From Pristiophorus japonicus (lineage: Eukaryota): a DNA stretch of 64,000 nt. The notes below the pieces were generated by a model. The model searched no databases and had not been told where the DNA came from. It was given only the letters and a program-made list of their open reading frames with translations. Positions 23,400 through 36,914 of the stretch are shown here, in pieces (the stretch's first letter is position 1; the number at the start of each line of letters is the position of its first letter). The stretch spans positions 48,732,001-48,796,000 of the forward strand of contig NC_091994.1 in the NCBI RefSeq assembly GCF_044704955.1, read 5' to 3'. A program made the position numbers and the translations under genes.

Positions 23400-25965
23400 T
23401 GAAAAAGGGAAGAGACGATTAGAGACCATGAGGGTAATCTCTGTGTGGAGGCGGAAAATGTTGGTATGGTTCGTGATTAATACTATGCATCTGTTTTCAC
23501 AAAGGAAAGGACCAATGCAGATACTGCTATCGAGGAGGAGTGTGAAATTCTGGATGAAATAAACATAGTGAGAGAAGAGGTATTAAGGGGTTTAGCAGCT
23601 TTGAAAGTGGATAAGTCCCCAGGCCCGGATGAGATTCATCCCAGGCTTTTGAGTGAAGCAAAAGAAGAAATAGCAGAAGCCTTGACCATCATTTTACAGT
23701 CCTCTTTGGATTTAGGCATGGTGCCGGAGGACTGCAGGACTGCAAATGTGGTACCCTTGTTTAAGAAGGGAGAAAGGAATAGGCCAAGTAATTACAGGCC
23801 TGTCAGCCTAACATCAGTGGTGGGAAAATTATTGGAAAAAATCCTGAAGGATAGGATAAATCTACATTTAGAAAGGCAAGGATGAATCAGGAACATTCAG
23901 CATAGATTTGCTAAGCGAAGATCGTGTTTGACTAAACTGATTGAATTTTTCGAGGAAGTAACCAGAAGGGTCAATGAGGGTGTTGTGTACGATGTAGTGT
24001 ATATGGACTTTAGCAAAGCTTTTGATAAGGTTCCAAATGGCAGACTAGTCATGAAGGTAAAAGCTCATGGGATCCAGGGAAAAGAGGCAAGTTGGATCCA
24101 AAATTCGCTTAGCGGTAGGAAGCAAAGGATAATGGTTGATGGATGCTTTTGTGACAGGAAATATGCTTCCAGTGGGGTTCCGCGGTGCTCAGTACTGGGT
24201 CCCTTGCTTTTTGTGGTATACATCAATGATCTAGATTTGAATGTAGGGAGTAGGATTAAGAAGTTTTCAGATGACACTAAAACTGGCTGTGTGGTTAATA
24301 ATGAAGAGGAAAGTCATGGACTGTAGAAGGATATCAATATGTTGGGGTTAAAAAGGAGGCTTCTCTCCTTCAAGGTGGACTAACTGATATAGTTAATCAA
24401 CACCTCGCCCCTATTCCACCGTATAATGACCACGGAAGTAAACAAATGAAATCCCAGGTTCAACCGGCTTTTATTACGAGCAATGCACAGGAAGGTTCAA
24501 TAGTGGAACCTCCGAAATACAAGAGGTTTCAAGTAAAATTTATAGAGGTTTTGGAGAGGAGCACCCTCCTACAAAATCCTCAATAGGTCTAATTCTATCA
24601 GCGAAGTTATATTGATCAAACTGTCTCTGAGTGGTATATGCAATTGCCTATGTTGTTCCATGACTTGCTCTTTGCCACAGTATACTAGACGCCTAAACTG
24701 GCTTCCTTATCTCTTCCTCAGAGACTTCTGATCAACAACTGCTGATTTTGCTGTTTAAGTATTACAGAGGTTACGGATTCAGTTTAATGTGTTATACATT
24801 TGTGCTATACCTACATTTGCAAGTGTTACATACATAGGCAATTATACAGACCTTCCTAATACTGATAAGTTCACTACCTTCAGCATAATTCTGACCACCT
24901 ATTTGCAACTCTTACAATTTATCCCTTACAAATCTACTGGTCATGTGGGCAGCACAGTGGCAAATGCAATTTAATTCGGAGAAGTGTGAGGTAATGCACT
25001 TGGGGAGGGCTAATAAGGAAAGGGAATACACATGAAACGATAGGCCACTTAAAAGTGTAGTGGAACTAAGGGACCTTGGGGTGCTTGTTCACGGATCCCT
25101 GCGAGTAGCAGACCAGGTGGATAAGGTAGTTTAGACGGCATAGGGAATGCTTGCCTTTATTGGCTGAGGCATAAAAAAAGAGCAGCGAGGTTATGCTTAA
25201 ATTGTATAATACTCTGGTTAGGCCACAGCTGGAGTAATGCGTGCAGTTCTGGTCACCGTATTATAGGAATGACATGATTGCACTGGAGAGGGTGCAGAGG
25301 AGATCTACGAGGATGCCACCTGGAATGGAGAATCTTAGCTATGAGGACAGATTAGATAGCTGGGTGTGTTCTCCTTGGAACAGAGGAGGCTGAGAGGAGG
25401 CTTAGGGGCCTGGATACATTGGATAACAAGGGCCTATTTCCCTTGGTGGAGGGGTCAATTACAAGGGGGCATAGATTTAAGATGGTTGGTGAAAGGTACA
25501 GCTGACTTGAGGGGGGGCTTCTTCACACAGAGGGCTATGGGGATCTGGAACTCACTGCCTGGAAGGGTGGTGGATGCAGAAACCCTCACCACATTTAAAC
25601 GGTGCTTGGTTGGGCACTTAAAGTGCCGCAATCTGCAGGGTTACGGACCTAGAGCTGGTAAGTGGGATTAGACTGGATAACCTCTCGTTGGCCGGCGCAG
25701 ATACGACGGTCAGTACTTCAGGGTATGGAATACGGCCAGGGTGATCTCCTGGACTAGTTTCGATGTAAGGGATGTCGCAATTGTGTGGGTGGACTGGTTG
25801 GGCCGGATGCTCTTTACCTGTCCGCCATTGTTCATTGTTCACAGGTTTATATGTAACCTTCAGGGCTGCTGACCGAGGGCCGTGCAGCTCTTTGTTGGCC
25901 GGCGCAGACACGATGAGCTGAAATGGCCTCCTTTTGCGCTGTAGATTTCTATGTTTCTATGTTTC
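23400..25965 (+). mobile_element. CR1 LINE 3' half, interrupted by a solo LTR
   Basis: KSPGPD, NYRPVSL, FSKAFD, FSDD motifs; (TTTCTATG)n tail. Confidence 0.9.
24340..24930 (-). mobile_element. Solo LTR, probably ERV-type (591 bp)
   Basis: TG..CA; 4-bp TSD AATA/AATC; AATAAA and TATAAA on minus strand; interrupts a continuous CR1. Confidence 0.75.
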
Positions 25966-26357
25966 CCTCTTTGTTCTGTAAATTCCTGTGGGCCCTTTGA
26001 GCCGTTAATGATCCTTTGACACAATATGCTTTAATACTGGGTGTGATCTCAGATGTTTTAATTCCAGTAATAGCTCAGAGCTGAGGTGTTGACAATGAAA
26101 CAGATGCTTCTTGATGGATGGTCAATAGAGTTGTTCCAGGAAGAAAGTGGATTAATGTAAATACAGTGGGCGACAGAAGGAAGAATTGAAATCTCGGCAC
26201 GGATCACATGGAGAGACTGCAGCAAAGCAGCCCAGGGAGGCGACTCACTGAGAGAGGGGAGGTAGTGATCATTGGGAAAATCCATTACTTAATCCCGGCC
26301 GTTACTGAGTTAGGCTGATCTCACACCCGGTGTGGGTCTGAGCCCCCCCACACACAG

Positions 26358-26618
26358 AATGGGACAGTGTAGAGAGAGATTTACTCTGTGTCTAACCCTG
26401 TGCTGTACCTGCCCTGGGAGTGTTTGATGGGACAGTGTAGAATGAGCTTTAATCTGTATCTAACCCTGTGCTGTACCTGCCCTGCGAGTGTTTGATGGGA
26501 CAGTGTAGAGGGAGCTTTGATCTGTATCTAACCCCATGCGGTACCTGCCCTGGGAGTGTTTGATGGGACAGTATAGAAGGAGCATTATTCTGTAGCTAAC
26601 CGTGCTGTACCTGCTGGG
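26358..26618 (-). repeat. ~64-bp satellite, about 4 units, opposite orientation to 23163-23325
   Basis: Repeated GCTGTACCTGCCCTGGGAGTGTTTGATGGGACAGTGTAG. Confidence 0.9.
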
Positions 26619-27682
26619 GGAGAAATTTAAATTAAAATGGTTGTCATTTCCCACGCCTTGCATTCCTGAGCATTAGACGTAGAGACAGCGTTTTTGTTGG
26701 TCAGTCCTATTATTACAAAACTCATTCTGTTCACCCAGAAGGTTCTGTCTCTTGCTGGGGTTCGGGTTCCTCAGGCAGTACCTTCACGGGCCAGCGCTGA
26801 GGGTTGCTATTGAAGCATTGGTGACACCATTTTCAGTCTCCATCGTGATTTCCACCTTGATAACTTTGCCCATCTGCCCTCCTGCCTGAACTTCTCTTCT
26901 GCTGAAACCCTCATCTATGATTTGGTTACCTCTAGCCACGATATCCTTAGAAGAAATAGATACAAATAATGTAATAGGAATAAGAGCAATGATTTTTAAT
27001 TCATCGATTGAATCCCATTGAGGCTGTGATCAGAGCAGGGCGTCATGCTCAGCTACAAATGACATAGCATGTACAGCACACAAACCAGACATTCGGACCA
27101 ACTGCTCCATGCTGGCATTTATGCTCCACACAAGCTAGCTCTTCATCTCACCCTTTAGCATAACCTTCTATTCCTTTCGCCCTCATTTGTTTATCTTGCT
27201 TCCCCTTAAATGGATCTGTACTATTCACTTCAATTACTCCCTGTGGTAGCGGGTTCCACATTCTCACCACCCTGGGTACAGAGGCTTCTCCTGAAATCCT
27301 TATTGGATTTATTGCTGACTACCTTATCATTATGGTCCCTATTTTTGGTCTCATAATTATTTCATGATTTCAGTTTTTTAAAATTCTATTTTAAACTGTG
27401 TTTGCTTTTCCGCTGTCGCCTTTATCAGTGTACTAATAACAATTATAATCTGGCTCAAAAACAGCAGAGCCTTAATTCTACACATGAGACAAGGACTCAA
27501 TGGCTTCTGTTATCACAGAGTCACAGATTCATAGAGCACAGATTGAGGCCATTCGGTCCATCATGCTCGTACCGGCTCTGTTATCGAGCTATTGAATCAG
27601 CCCCACTCCCCTGGTCTGTTCACAGATCCCTTCAAATCCCCCACTTCCAGTATTGATACCAATTCCCTTTTGAAAGTTACTG

Positions 27683-27960
27683 TTGAAATGCAACATCCCC
27701 ACTGACACCCGGGAATCCCTGGCCAGAGACCACCCCAGGTGGAGGAAGAGCATCCGTGAGGGCATTGAGCACCTCGAGTCTTGTCGCCGAGAGTATGCAG
27801 AAAACAAATGCGGCAAACCAGACTCCCCACCCACCCCTTTCCTTCAACCACTGTCTGTCCCACCTGTGACAGAGACAATAATTTCCACATTGGGCTGTCA
27901 GTCACCTGAGAACTCACTTTTAGAGTGGAAGCGATTTCGAGGGACTGCCTATGACGATGA
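27683..27960 (+). mobile_element. RTE-clade LINE 3' end
   Basis: CNIPTDTRESLARDHPRWRKSIREG C-terminus; (GAT)n-like tail. Confidence 0.8.
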
Positions 27961-28064
27961 GTAAATCTCTTCCACACCTTCTCCAAGGCCTTCCTAATGT
28001 GTGCTGCCGAATAGTCAAGCTGGGATTAACCAGTGTTTCTTATAGATTTTACTGTACCTTCCTT

Positions 28065-28435
28065 ATGTGGGAATCGGTGGTGAGGGCTGCATTTATTGTC
28101 CATCTCTAATTGCCACCGAGAAGGTGGTGCTGAATACATCTAGAGGACTATTTAGAGTCAACCACATTGCTGTGGGACTGGTGTCATATATATGCTAGAC
28201 TAGGTAAAGATGGGAGATTTACTTCCCTAAAGGATGTTAGTGAACAAGATGGGTAGTTACGACAATCCTGGATCTACACGGTCACCATTACTGATAAATA
28301 TTTTAATCCCAGGTTTATTTAATTGAATTTAAATTGCACAGCTGCCATGTTGGAATCTGAACTCATGTCCTCGGATCATTAGTCCAGGTCCCTGGTTCAC
28401 TAGTTCAGCACCACAATAACTATACAACCATACCC
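28065..28435 (-). mobile_element. tRNA-derived SINE (old)
   Basis: tRNA-like head (CTGGACTAATGATCC.AG.ACATGAGTTC), head also at 23326-23396 (+); 3' CAATAAATGC..CCCACAT. Confidence 0.6.
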
Positions 28436-29612
28436 AATGATTTATAAAGTCAAAGACCCGGCCTGTGTTTTAACAGTTTTATCAACATGTCCTGCCACCT
28501 TCAACAATTTGTGCACATCGACTCTCAGGTGTCTCTGCACCCACACTCCATTTAAAAATGTACTCTTTAGTTTATATTGCCTCTCCTCATGTTTCCTCCC
28601 AAAGTGTATCACTTCACACTTGTTAAATTTTATCTGCCATGTATCTGCCCATTTAACCAGACTGTCAACGTGCTCCTGAATTCTGCTACACTCCTCACTG
28701 TTTACTACATTTCTGAGTTTCATGTCATCTGCAAATTTGAAATTATGCCTTTAGACTTATGTCCTAGCTATTAATCTTGGTCAGAAAGAGCACTGGGATT
28801 AATATCAAACCCAAGAGGTCACCACTGTATACTTCCCTTCTGTAAAGTCCTGTCCCCTCAGTACAGATTCACACGAGGCATGTCGTGAAGTCAAGGTCAC
28901 TCTGGACCTGCACCTTTATTTCACAGCTCTGGAATGCTGCACTTGCCTGAGACCTGTCCTTATATACCTGTCTCTTGCAAGTCCACCCCTGTTGGTAAGG
29001 TATGCTGGTGGTTACAGGTCATATCTTATTACAGTCATGTATAGCATGTTAGGATACAGTTATATATAATAATGTAAGATACATGACACCTTCCGTCTGA
29101 AAGACAACGGTTCACCACCACTCTCTGTTATTTGTTTCTTGTATCCACACAGCCACTGCCCCTTTAGTCCCATGAGTTTCAGTTTCCCTATCAAGTCGAC
29201 GAAGTGCCATTTTATCAAACGCATTTTGAAAGTAGAAATACACAACATAAACTGCAGTACGCTCCTTAACCTTCTAAGTTTTTACATCAAAGAACTCGGT
29301 CAAGTTTTTCAGACACACTTTGACTTTAACACAATCTGTGCTGGTTGTCATTTATTAATCCATGTTTTTCCAAGTGACAGTTAATTTTGTCCCAGATTAT
29401 GGCCTTTAGAAGTTTCCACACCACAGACGATAGGCTGACTGGCCTGTAGCTACAGGTTTTATCCCTCTGCTTTTTTGAACAGGTGCAACATTTGCAAACC
29501 TCCAGTCCTCTGGCACCACTCCCATATCCAAGGAGGATTAAAAGATTCTGGCCTGAGCTATTTCCATCATTCCTTCCTGCAGCAACACTTAAACATCCCA
29601 TTCGGACCAGGT
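28436..29612 (-). mobile_element. Old CR1 LINE fragment, split by a solo LTR
   Basis: YRPVSL, WQIKFNKCEVIHFG motifs. Confidence 0.8.
28841..29088 (-). mobile_element. Gypsy-type solo LTR (248 bp)
   Basis: TG..CA; perfect 5-bp TSD CCTTC; terminus GATACATGACA as in element A LTR. Confidence 0.9.
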
Positions 29613-29975
29613 ACATAGAAACATAGAAACACAGAAATTTACAGCGCAGAAGGAGGCCATTTCAGCCCATCGTGTCCATGCCGGCTGACGAAGAGCCGCA
29701 CAGCCATTGGTCAGCAGTCCTGAAGATTACATGTAAACCTTTGAACAATGAACAATGGCGGAAAGGTAAAGAGCACCCAGCCCGACCAGTCTGCCCCACC
29801 CAACTGCAACACCCCTTACACTGACACATTCTACACTCCACCCCAACCAGAGCCACATGATCTCCTGGGAGAGGCAAAAACCAGATAAAAACCCAAGCCA
29901 ATTTAGGGGAAAAAAAATATGAGAAGCATCCTCTCCAACCCATCCAGCCGATCAAAACTAGTCCAAGAGATTTAC
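29613..29975 (-). mobile_element. CR1 3' UTR fragment
   Basis: (CATAGAAA)n tail; homologous to 25740-25960. Confidence 0.75.
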
Positions 29976-30228
29976 TTTATTGTGTTACATAAAGTGTTGG
30001 ATTGAAAGGGGTTAATTGAAAATGTTTGTTCAGTGACTGTAATTAATATCAGTCTCCATTGACCGAATTGTGTCACTGGATGTATTCCCTCTCATATTAA
30101 TAAGGCACTCTTTTCAATGTGTTACTCCATAATGTAAGTGAGAGCATCGCCTCCGGCATTAACAGCGATCAGCATGCTGCTTCACAGAGAGGGAGTCAGA
30201 ATCTGAGAACAGTAGATTGGAACGTTAC

Positions 30229-33200
30229 TATTGTGTTCCGAACACAGATGAGGCTGCACACAGGGAGGTTAAAGTAACAGTGATCTCAGTCTTTAATAAG
30301 ACACTCCAGAGTGAGGAACAGGTCTTAGGGGCCGGCTTATATACAGTGCTCCCAAGGGATGCTGGGATCCCTTCGGACTTCAGGGGATGAGCTCCCTGGT
30401 GGCGGAACATGGGAATGCTTGCTTTACAGATACACAACATCACTCCCCCCCCGCAAAGTCAAAGTGAAAACTATTTACAAGGTGAGGCAGTCGGGAGCCT
30501 TTCTTTCCCTGGTGGACCGCCTCGGTACAAATGTCTGTTCTGGTGTGTTGGCTGTGCCCTCGCTGGACTGGCGTGTTGTTGGCCCTGCAGGGTTGCTGGG
30601 TGAGCCTGGCCTTGCTGGGCTGTTGGGCGTGATGGGTTCAATTTCCTGGTCCGCTGTGGTGTCATTGATCCTTTGGGTGTGTGTTGTGGGCTCGAAAAAG
30701 GTGGTGTCTGCTGTGGGTTGTTCAGGGCAGTCTGTGAACAACAGCCTCGTTTGGTCCAGCTGCTTTCTGCAAATTTGTCCATTGTCTAGTTTGACTACAA
30801 ACACCCTGTTCCCTTCTTTAGCTATCACCTTCCCCCGATCCACTTGGTACCATGTCCATAGTTTAGCACATACACAGGGTCATTCAGATCAATTTCCCGT
30901 GACACAGTGGCGCGACCATCGTTTACATTTTGTTGCTGCCGCCTGCTCTCTACCTGATCATGCAGGTTGGGCTGAACCAACGAGAATCTGGTTTTAAGTG
31001 TCCTTTTTATGAGTAGCTCAGCCGGGGACACCCCTGTGAGTGAGTGGGGTCTCGTGCGGTGTGTGCTGTGGAGATCCGAGATGAACGTCTCCCTGCCCCT
31101 TTTGGGTAGCACTATGCGGTTACTCCTCAACAGGCAGTCTGCCTGAATGGACAGCTTGTCGTTTTGCCGCTGGAACGACTTGATTAGCTCTTGCATTTCA
31201 ATGGGGATGCTGGCCCAGCTCCCATGCAGTACACAGTTTTTTACTAGGGACAGCAGAGGATCTTGGCTGGTCCAAGTCCTAATTTGGCGGGCCGTGACTG
31301 GTGATTTATCATTTTCAAACGCTTCCATGACTATCAACAAGTCTGCGGGCTGCGCCACCATCAACAAGTTTTCAGGCTGCGCCATTTCCACCCCCGTGGT
31401 GGGCAATGGTAGCCGACTGAGAGCATCCACACAGTTCTCGGTGCCTGGCCTGTGGCGGATGGTATAGTTATACGCTGATAGCGTGAGTGCCCACCTTTGT
31501 ATGCGGGCTGAGGCATTAGTATTTATCCCCTTGTTTTCAGCGAACAGGGATGTGAGGGGCTTATGATCAGTTTCCAGCTCAAATTTGAGGTCAAACAGGT
31601 ACAGATGTATTTTCTTTACCCCGAACACACACGCTAATGCCTCTTTCTCAATTATGCTGTACGCCCTCTCGGCCTTAGACAAGCTCCTGGAAGCATAGGT
31701 GACAGGTTGCAACTTCCCCGCAACATTAGCTTGTTATAATACATACCCGACTCCATATGACGACGCGTCACATGCTAGCACAAGTCTTTTACACGGGTTA
31801 TACAATACAAGCAGCTTGTTGGCGCATAAAATGTTTCTGGCTTTCTCAAAAGCAATTACTTGTTTTTTTTTCCGCATACCCAGTTCTTACCTTTGTGCAA
31901 TAACACATGTAGGGGCTCTAAAAGGGTGCTTAACTCCGGTAGGAAGTTACCAAAATAGTTGAGGAGTCCCAGGAATGACTGCAGCTCCATGACGATCTGT
32001 GGCCTGGGTGTGTTCCTGATAGCCTTTGTCTTGGTGTCTGTGGGCCGAATGCCATCCGCCGCGATCTTTCTCCCAAAAACTTCACTTCTGTTGCCATGAA
32101 GACGCATTTCGACCTCTTCAGCTGCAGCCTTAGCAATCCAATCGCTGGAGGACATCCTCCAGGGTTTGTAGGTGCTCGGCGGTGTCCCAACCCATGACCA
32201 CTATGTCGTCCTGAAAGACTACCGTGTGCGGTACCGACTTGAGTAGGCTCTCCATGTTTCTCTGAAAGATCGCTGCAGCCGACCTAATTCCAAACGGGCA
32301 TCTGTTGTAGATGAACAGTCCCTTGTGCGTGTTGATGCAGGTGAGGCCCTTCGAAGATTCCTCCAGCTCCTGCATCATGTAGGTCAAAGTCAGGTTGAGC
32401 TTGGTGAACGTCTTGCCTCCTGTCAGCGTCGCAAATAGGTCGTCTGCCTTCGGTAGCAGCTATTGGTCCTGTAGCGAGAAACGATTAATAGTTACTTTAT
32501 AATTGCTGAATTCCACTGGGGAGATGATGCCCTCGCGTTGCAGCCTGTCCAGCTCGATTTCCACTCTGTCCCTCACCATGTGAGGTACCGCTCGCGCCAT
32601 GTGGTGAATGGGTTGTGACTCTGGGACCAAGTGGATCCGCACCTTCGCCCTGGAAAAGTTTCCAATGCCTGGCTCAAAAAGGGAAGGAAATTTGTTAAGA
32701 ACCTGGGTACATGAGGCCTCATCGACATGTAATAGTGCTCGGATATCATCCCAGTTCCAGCGGATTTTTCCCAGCCAGCTCCTTCCAAGCAGTGTGGGGC
32801 CATCGCCCGGGACAATCCAGAGTGGCAGTTCATGCACCATTCCCTCATAGGTGACTTTGACCATGGCGCTGCCCAGGACAATGATAAGCTCTTTCGTGTA
32901 TGTTCTCAGTTTCGTGTGGATTTGGCTCAGGGCTGGTCTCAGTGCCTTGTTGCACCACAGTCTCTCAAACATTTTTTTCCTCATGATGGATTGGCTAGCG
33001 CCAGTGTCCAGTTCCATGGCTATGGGTAAGCCATTCAATTTTATGTTTCACATTATAGGTGGACATTTCATCGAAAATGTGTGCATCCCATGTACTTCAG
33101 CATCTGCCTCCTCTCTCTGAGGCTCAAAATTGCTTTGCTCCACCATGGACCGATCTTCCTCTGCCACGTGATGATTATCAGGTTTTGCAGAGCTTGCAGC

Positions 33201-34241
33201 ACCAGTTGCATGCTCGTTGGAGGTGCCCCATTGTTCCACAGCTCTTGCAAACATACCCTTTGAAGCGGCATGAATAGGCTGAATGGAAGCCTCCACAATG
33301 CCAGCAAGGTGTAAATTGTCTTGCATTTATCCTTTGTTGGGGACTCTGAGTCATCTGGGTCACCTGAGGCCTGCTGGCAATTGCAGACTCGTGGGTTCTG
33401 CCCTGTACATTTCTGCTCACAAACACAGTTCCAGTAAATTTATGAACATTGCTAGCACTTGTGTGCTGAGAGATTTGTTTGATGTTATCACGGTGGAAAT
33501 AAACGCCTGTGCTATCGCAATGGCCTTACTGAGGGTCAGTGTCTCTACAGTCATAAGTTTTCATAGGATGGTCTCGTGGCCAATGCCCAGTATAAAAAAG
33601 TCTCTGAGCATTAGCTCCAGGTAGTCATCAAACTCACATTGTCCTGCAAGTCGCCTTAGCTCGGTAATGTAGCTCGCCACTTCCTGACCTTCAGATCGCT
33701 GGCACGTGTAGAACCGATACCTTGCCATCAACATGCTCTCCCTCAGGTTAAGATGCTCCCGAACCAGTGTACACAGCTCCTCATATGACTTATCTGTGGG
33801 TTTCACTGGAGCCAGAAGATTCTTCATGAGGCTGTAGGTCGGTGCCCCGCAGACTGTGAGGGGGACCGCTCTCCTTTTTGCAGCGCTTCCTTCTCTGTCC
33901 AGCTCATTGGCTACAAAGTACTGGTCTAGCCATTCGACATAGGCTTCCCAGTCCTCACCCTCCGAGAACTTCTCCAGAATGCCCACAGTTTGCTGCATCT
34001 TTGCGTTGGATTCGTATTCTCGCCGCCAGTTATTGTGTTCTGAACACAGATGAGGCTGCACACAGGGAGGTTAATGTAACAGTGACCTCAGTCTTTAATA
34101 TGACACTCCAGAGTGAGGAACAGGCCTTTGGGGCCGGCTTATATACAGTGCTCCCAAGGGATGCTGGGATCCCATCGGACTTCAGGGGATGAGCTCCCTG
34201 GTGGTGGAATATGGGAGTGCATGCTTTACAGATACACAACC
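30229..34241 (-). mobile_element. Gypsy/Mag-like LTR element B, copy 2 (near full length, defective)
   Basis: 211-bp LTRs 30229-30439 and 34031-34241; perfect TSD GTTAC; PPT; gag with two knuckles, LDTGAS, RT with FQDD, RNase H, IN core deleted. Confidence 0.95.
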
Positions 34242-35805
34242 GTTACAACAATGGATCAGAATCTGAAGACAGTGACTTGGAATGTTACAACAAATGGCAG
34301 GAGTTTCAACTAGTATTTTAACTATCTTGTTGCAAATTATGAGGAACTATCATTAGTATTTCAGATCCGTTTCGCATTTCGGGTTATTCAATACATTTGC
34401 TATCCCATCCTTGCTGCTGTTGGTTTTGCCGGTAAGTCTGTCTATCCAGTTATTCTTGTAACCATGGGTTAATGTATTACTGATCTTGTTTTTTACTCTC
34501 GCCTCCTTGCTGCACTTGTTGTTCCTGGTAGTCTCTGTATCCAACTATTAATTCTGCAAACCAGGTTTAACTTTATTACTAGTCTCGTAAGTTGCTCTCT
34601 CATCTTTGCTGCAGTTGTTGTTCCTGCGAAATCTCTGTGTTCAGATATTAACTCTGCATATATTTTTAATTGTACTAATGTTCTTGTAATTTACTCCACA
34701 CTCTTTGCTGCTGTTGGTATTCCTGGAAAGTCCCTACATCTAGCAATTATAACTGTAATCCATATCTCACTCTATTATTGAGTATGCCATTTAAATCTTT
34801 GGAAGTCCTCATCACATTATCTATCTACTGACTCAATCCCCCTCCATAGCCGGTGTCTGAGGCTGAACCAAACTGTTCGCAAACTCAGGGTTCAGTTCTG
34901 ACCTCATCCTCTGAACCACTGGTTCTGCCTACTATCATCTCCATAATATCACACACCTCATCCATTCTCTTCAATACACCCTCTTCTGTGAATTTGTTAA
35001 ACCAGAATCGACCATTACAATGCTTTCCTTGCCCACCTCCCAGTTACAGTCCACCATAAATTAGAGCTCATCTAAAAAATTTGCTAACCATATCCTAACT
35101 CATGCCAAGTCTTGTTTACGCATCAACCATCTGCTCTCTGACCAACATTGGCTCCCGATTATGGAACGCCTCATTCTTAATACTCTCATCCATGTGTTCA
35201 AATTTCACCATGGCCTCTCCCCTCCAATTAATCCCATTCCCCTGCTCTATTCCCATATTCTGGCAAATTATTCCCGTTCAAGTATTTATCCAATTGCCCA
35301 TTTAATGTTAATTTATTTCCCTCTGTACTTCCCCCAGTCTTTCTGTCTCTATTTTCTTTCTCCCTATCTCTCTGTCTCTCTGTCAGTCTCTCTCTGTCTC
35401 TTCACATTTCTCCTCCTTTTAAAAATGTTAGATTGATACAGCAAAGAAAGAGCCCTCTCATTCCATCGTGTCCATGCCGTCTCTTTGATAGAACTATCTA
35501 AGGTGTCCAACTCTTTAGCCAGAGTCCTGTAAATATTTCCCCTTCAACTATTAAAGCAATTCCCTTTCAAAAATAACTATTGAATCTACTTCCATCGTGT
35601 TCTCACAGCGCATTCCATATCACAACTCACTGCATAAAGAAAACTCTTCTCATCTATCTTATGGTTCTTTTGTCAATCACCTTAAATCTGTGTCCTCTGG
35701 TTACCTACCATTCTGCAACTGGAAACATTTTCAACTTACTCAGTCTATCAAAACCCATCATAATTTTGAACATCTATATTAAATGTTAAATCTTTGCTAA
35801 TGATA

Positions 35806-36045
35806 CATCATGATCGTCATAGGCAGTCGCTTGAAGTTGAGGAAGACTTGCTTCCACTCTAAAAGTGAGTTTTCAGGTGACTGAACAGTCCAATACAGGA
35901 ATTACAGTCTCTGTCACAGGTGGGACAGACAGTGGTTCAAGGAAATGGGTGGGTGGGGAGTCTAGTTTGCCGTACGCTCCTTCCGCTGCCTGCGCTTGCT
36001 TTCTGCATGCTCTCAGCGACGAGACTCGAGGTGCTCAGCGTCTGG
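35806..36045 (-). mobile_element. RTE-clade LINE 3' end
   Basis: Reverse complement of the 41340-41570 type sequence with (GAT)n-like tail. Confidence 0.8.
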
Positions 36046-36914
36046 ATGGTATGTGACTTGAAGGAGGTGGTGGTGTTTTGAGCCGAATTCTAATCCCTCC
36101 CATGTGCCTTGTCCCCTTGATAGCAATTGAAGGAATCCAACTGCTGCCCTGGGGGTGAAGAGTACATATGGTAAAATATTGAACACCAACATATTATCGT
36201 TTAGCATTTTAGGGCTGAAAATCCTTTACTGGACACTTGGAAATGAGTTGGGGCTGAACATGAGGATTACAATTTTAAAATAGAAGCATTGCCGGACCGG
36301 AACCCAATGTAGTTCAGCGAGCACAGGAATGAAAGGTGAACAAGATTTGGTGCCAGTTAAGACACCAACAGCAGAGTTTTTGATGAGACAGAAATGCTTG
36401 TAATTAATTTTAGATATAACTCTTATTCTGCCCCCCCCCCCCCGCCTACACCTGGAGCAATCGGTCTCGGAAAATAACAACTTACTCTGAATGAGTTCAA
36501 GCTGAGCCTTTGAGAGGCAATGTCTTTGCACAATTTGTCAACAAGCTGTGACCTTTGATAGCTGCCCATGTGTGCGGACAAAGACCGATAACTTCATCTT
36601 GGGCGGTGGCGTTAAAGGGGCGGTATTGGATCAGGTGTCCGTTCTACACAACACCTGATATTCAGTTCCACTGCAGTCAGTGATGGATTTCTAGGCCTAG
36701 CTCTTCAATTCTAAGCACTAATTTTCCAGCAAAGGTTTCCCCATAACTCTGTGAAGTCAATGAACTCTTTCAGTAATCCTACTCCATCGATACCCCTGTA
36801 CTCCCAAAATCCATTGCTCCCTGTTTTAAAAAAAAATCCATTCTGGCTCCTCTTGAGAGCCTCAGGGGTTAATTGTATAACATGCAATGAACACCTAAAC
36901 AAGAGGGCGGAGTC

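Noticed and set aside
23163-26618. Opposite-facing 64-bp satellite blocks as terminal inverted repeats of a foldback element
   Set aside because: No defined termini, TSD or transposase; a related array also occurs alone at 43430-43900
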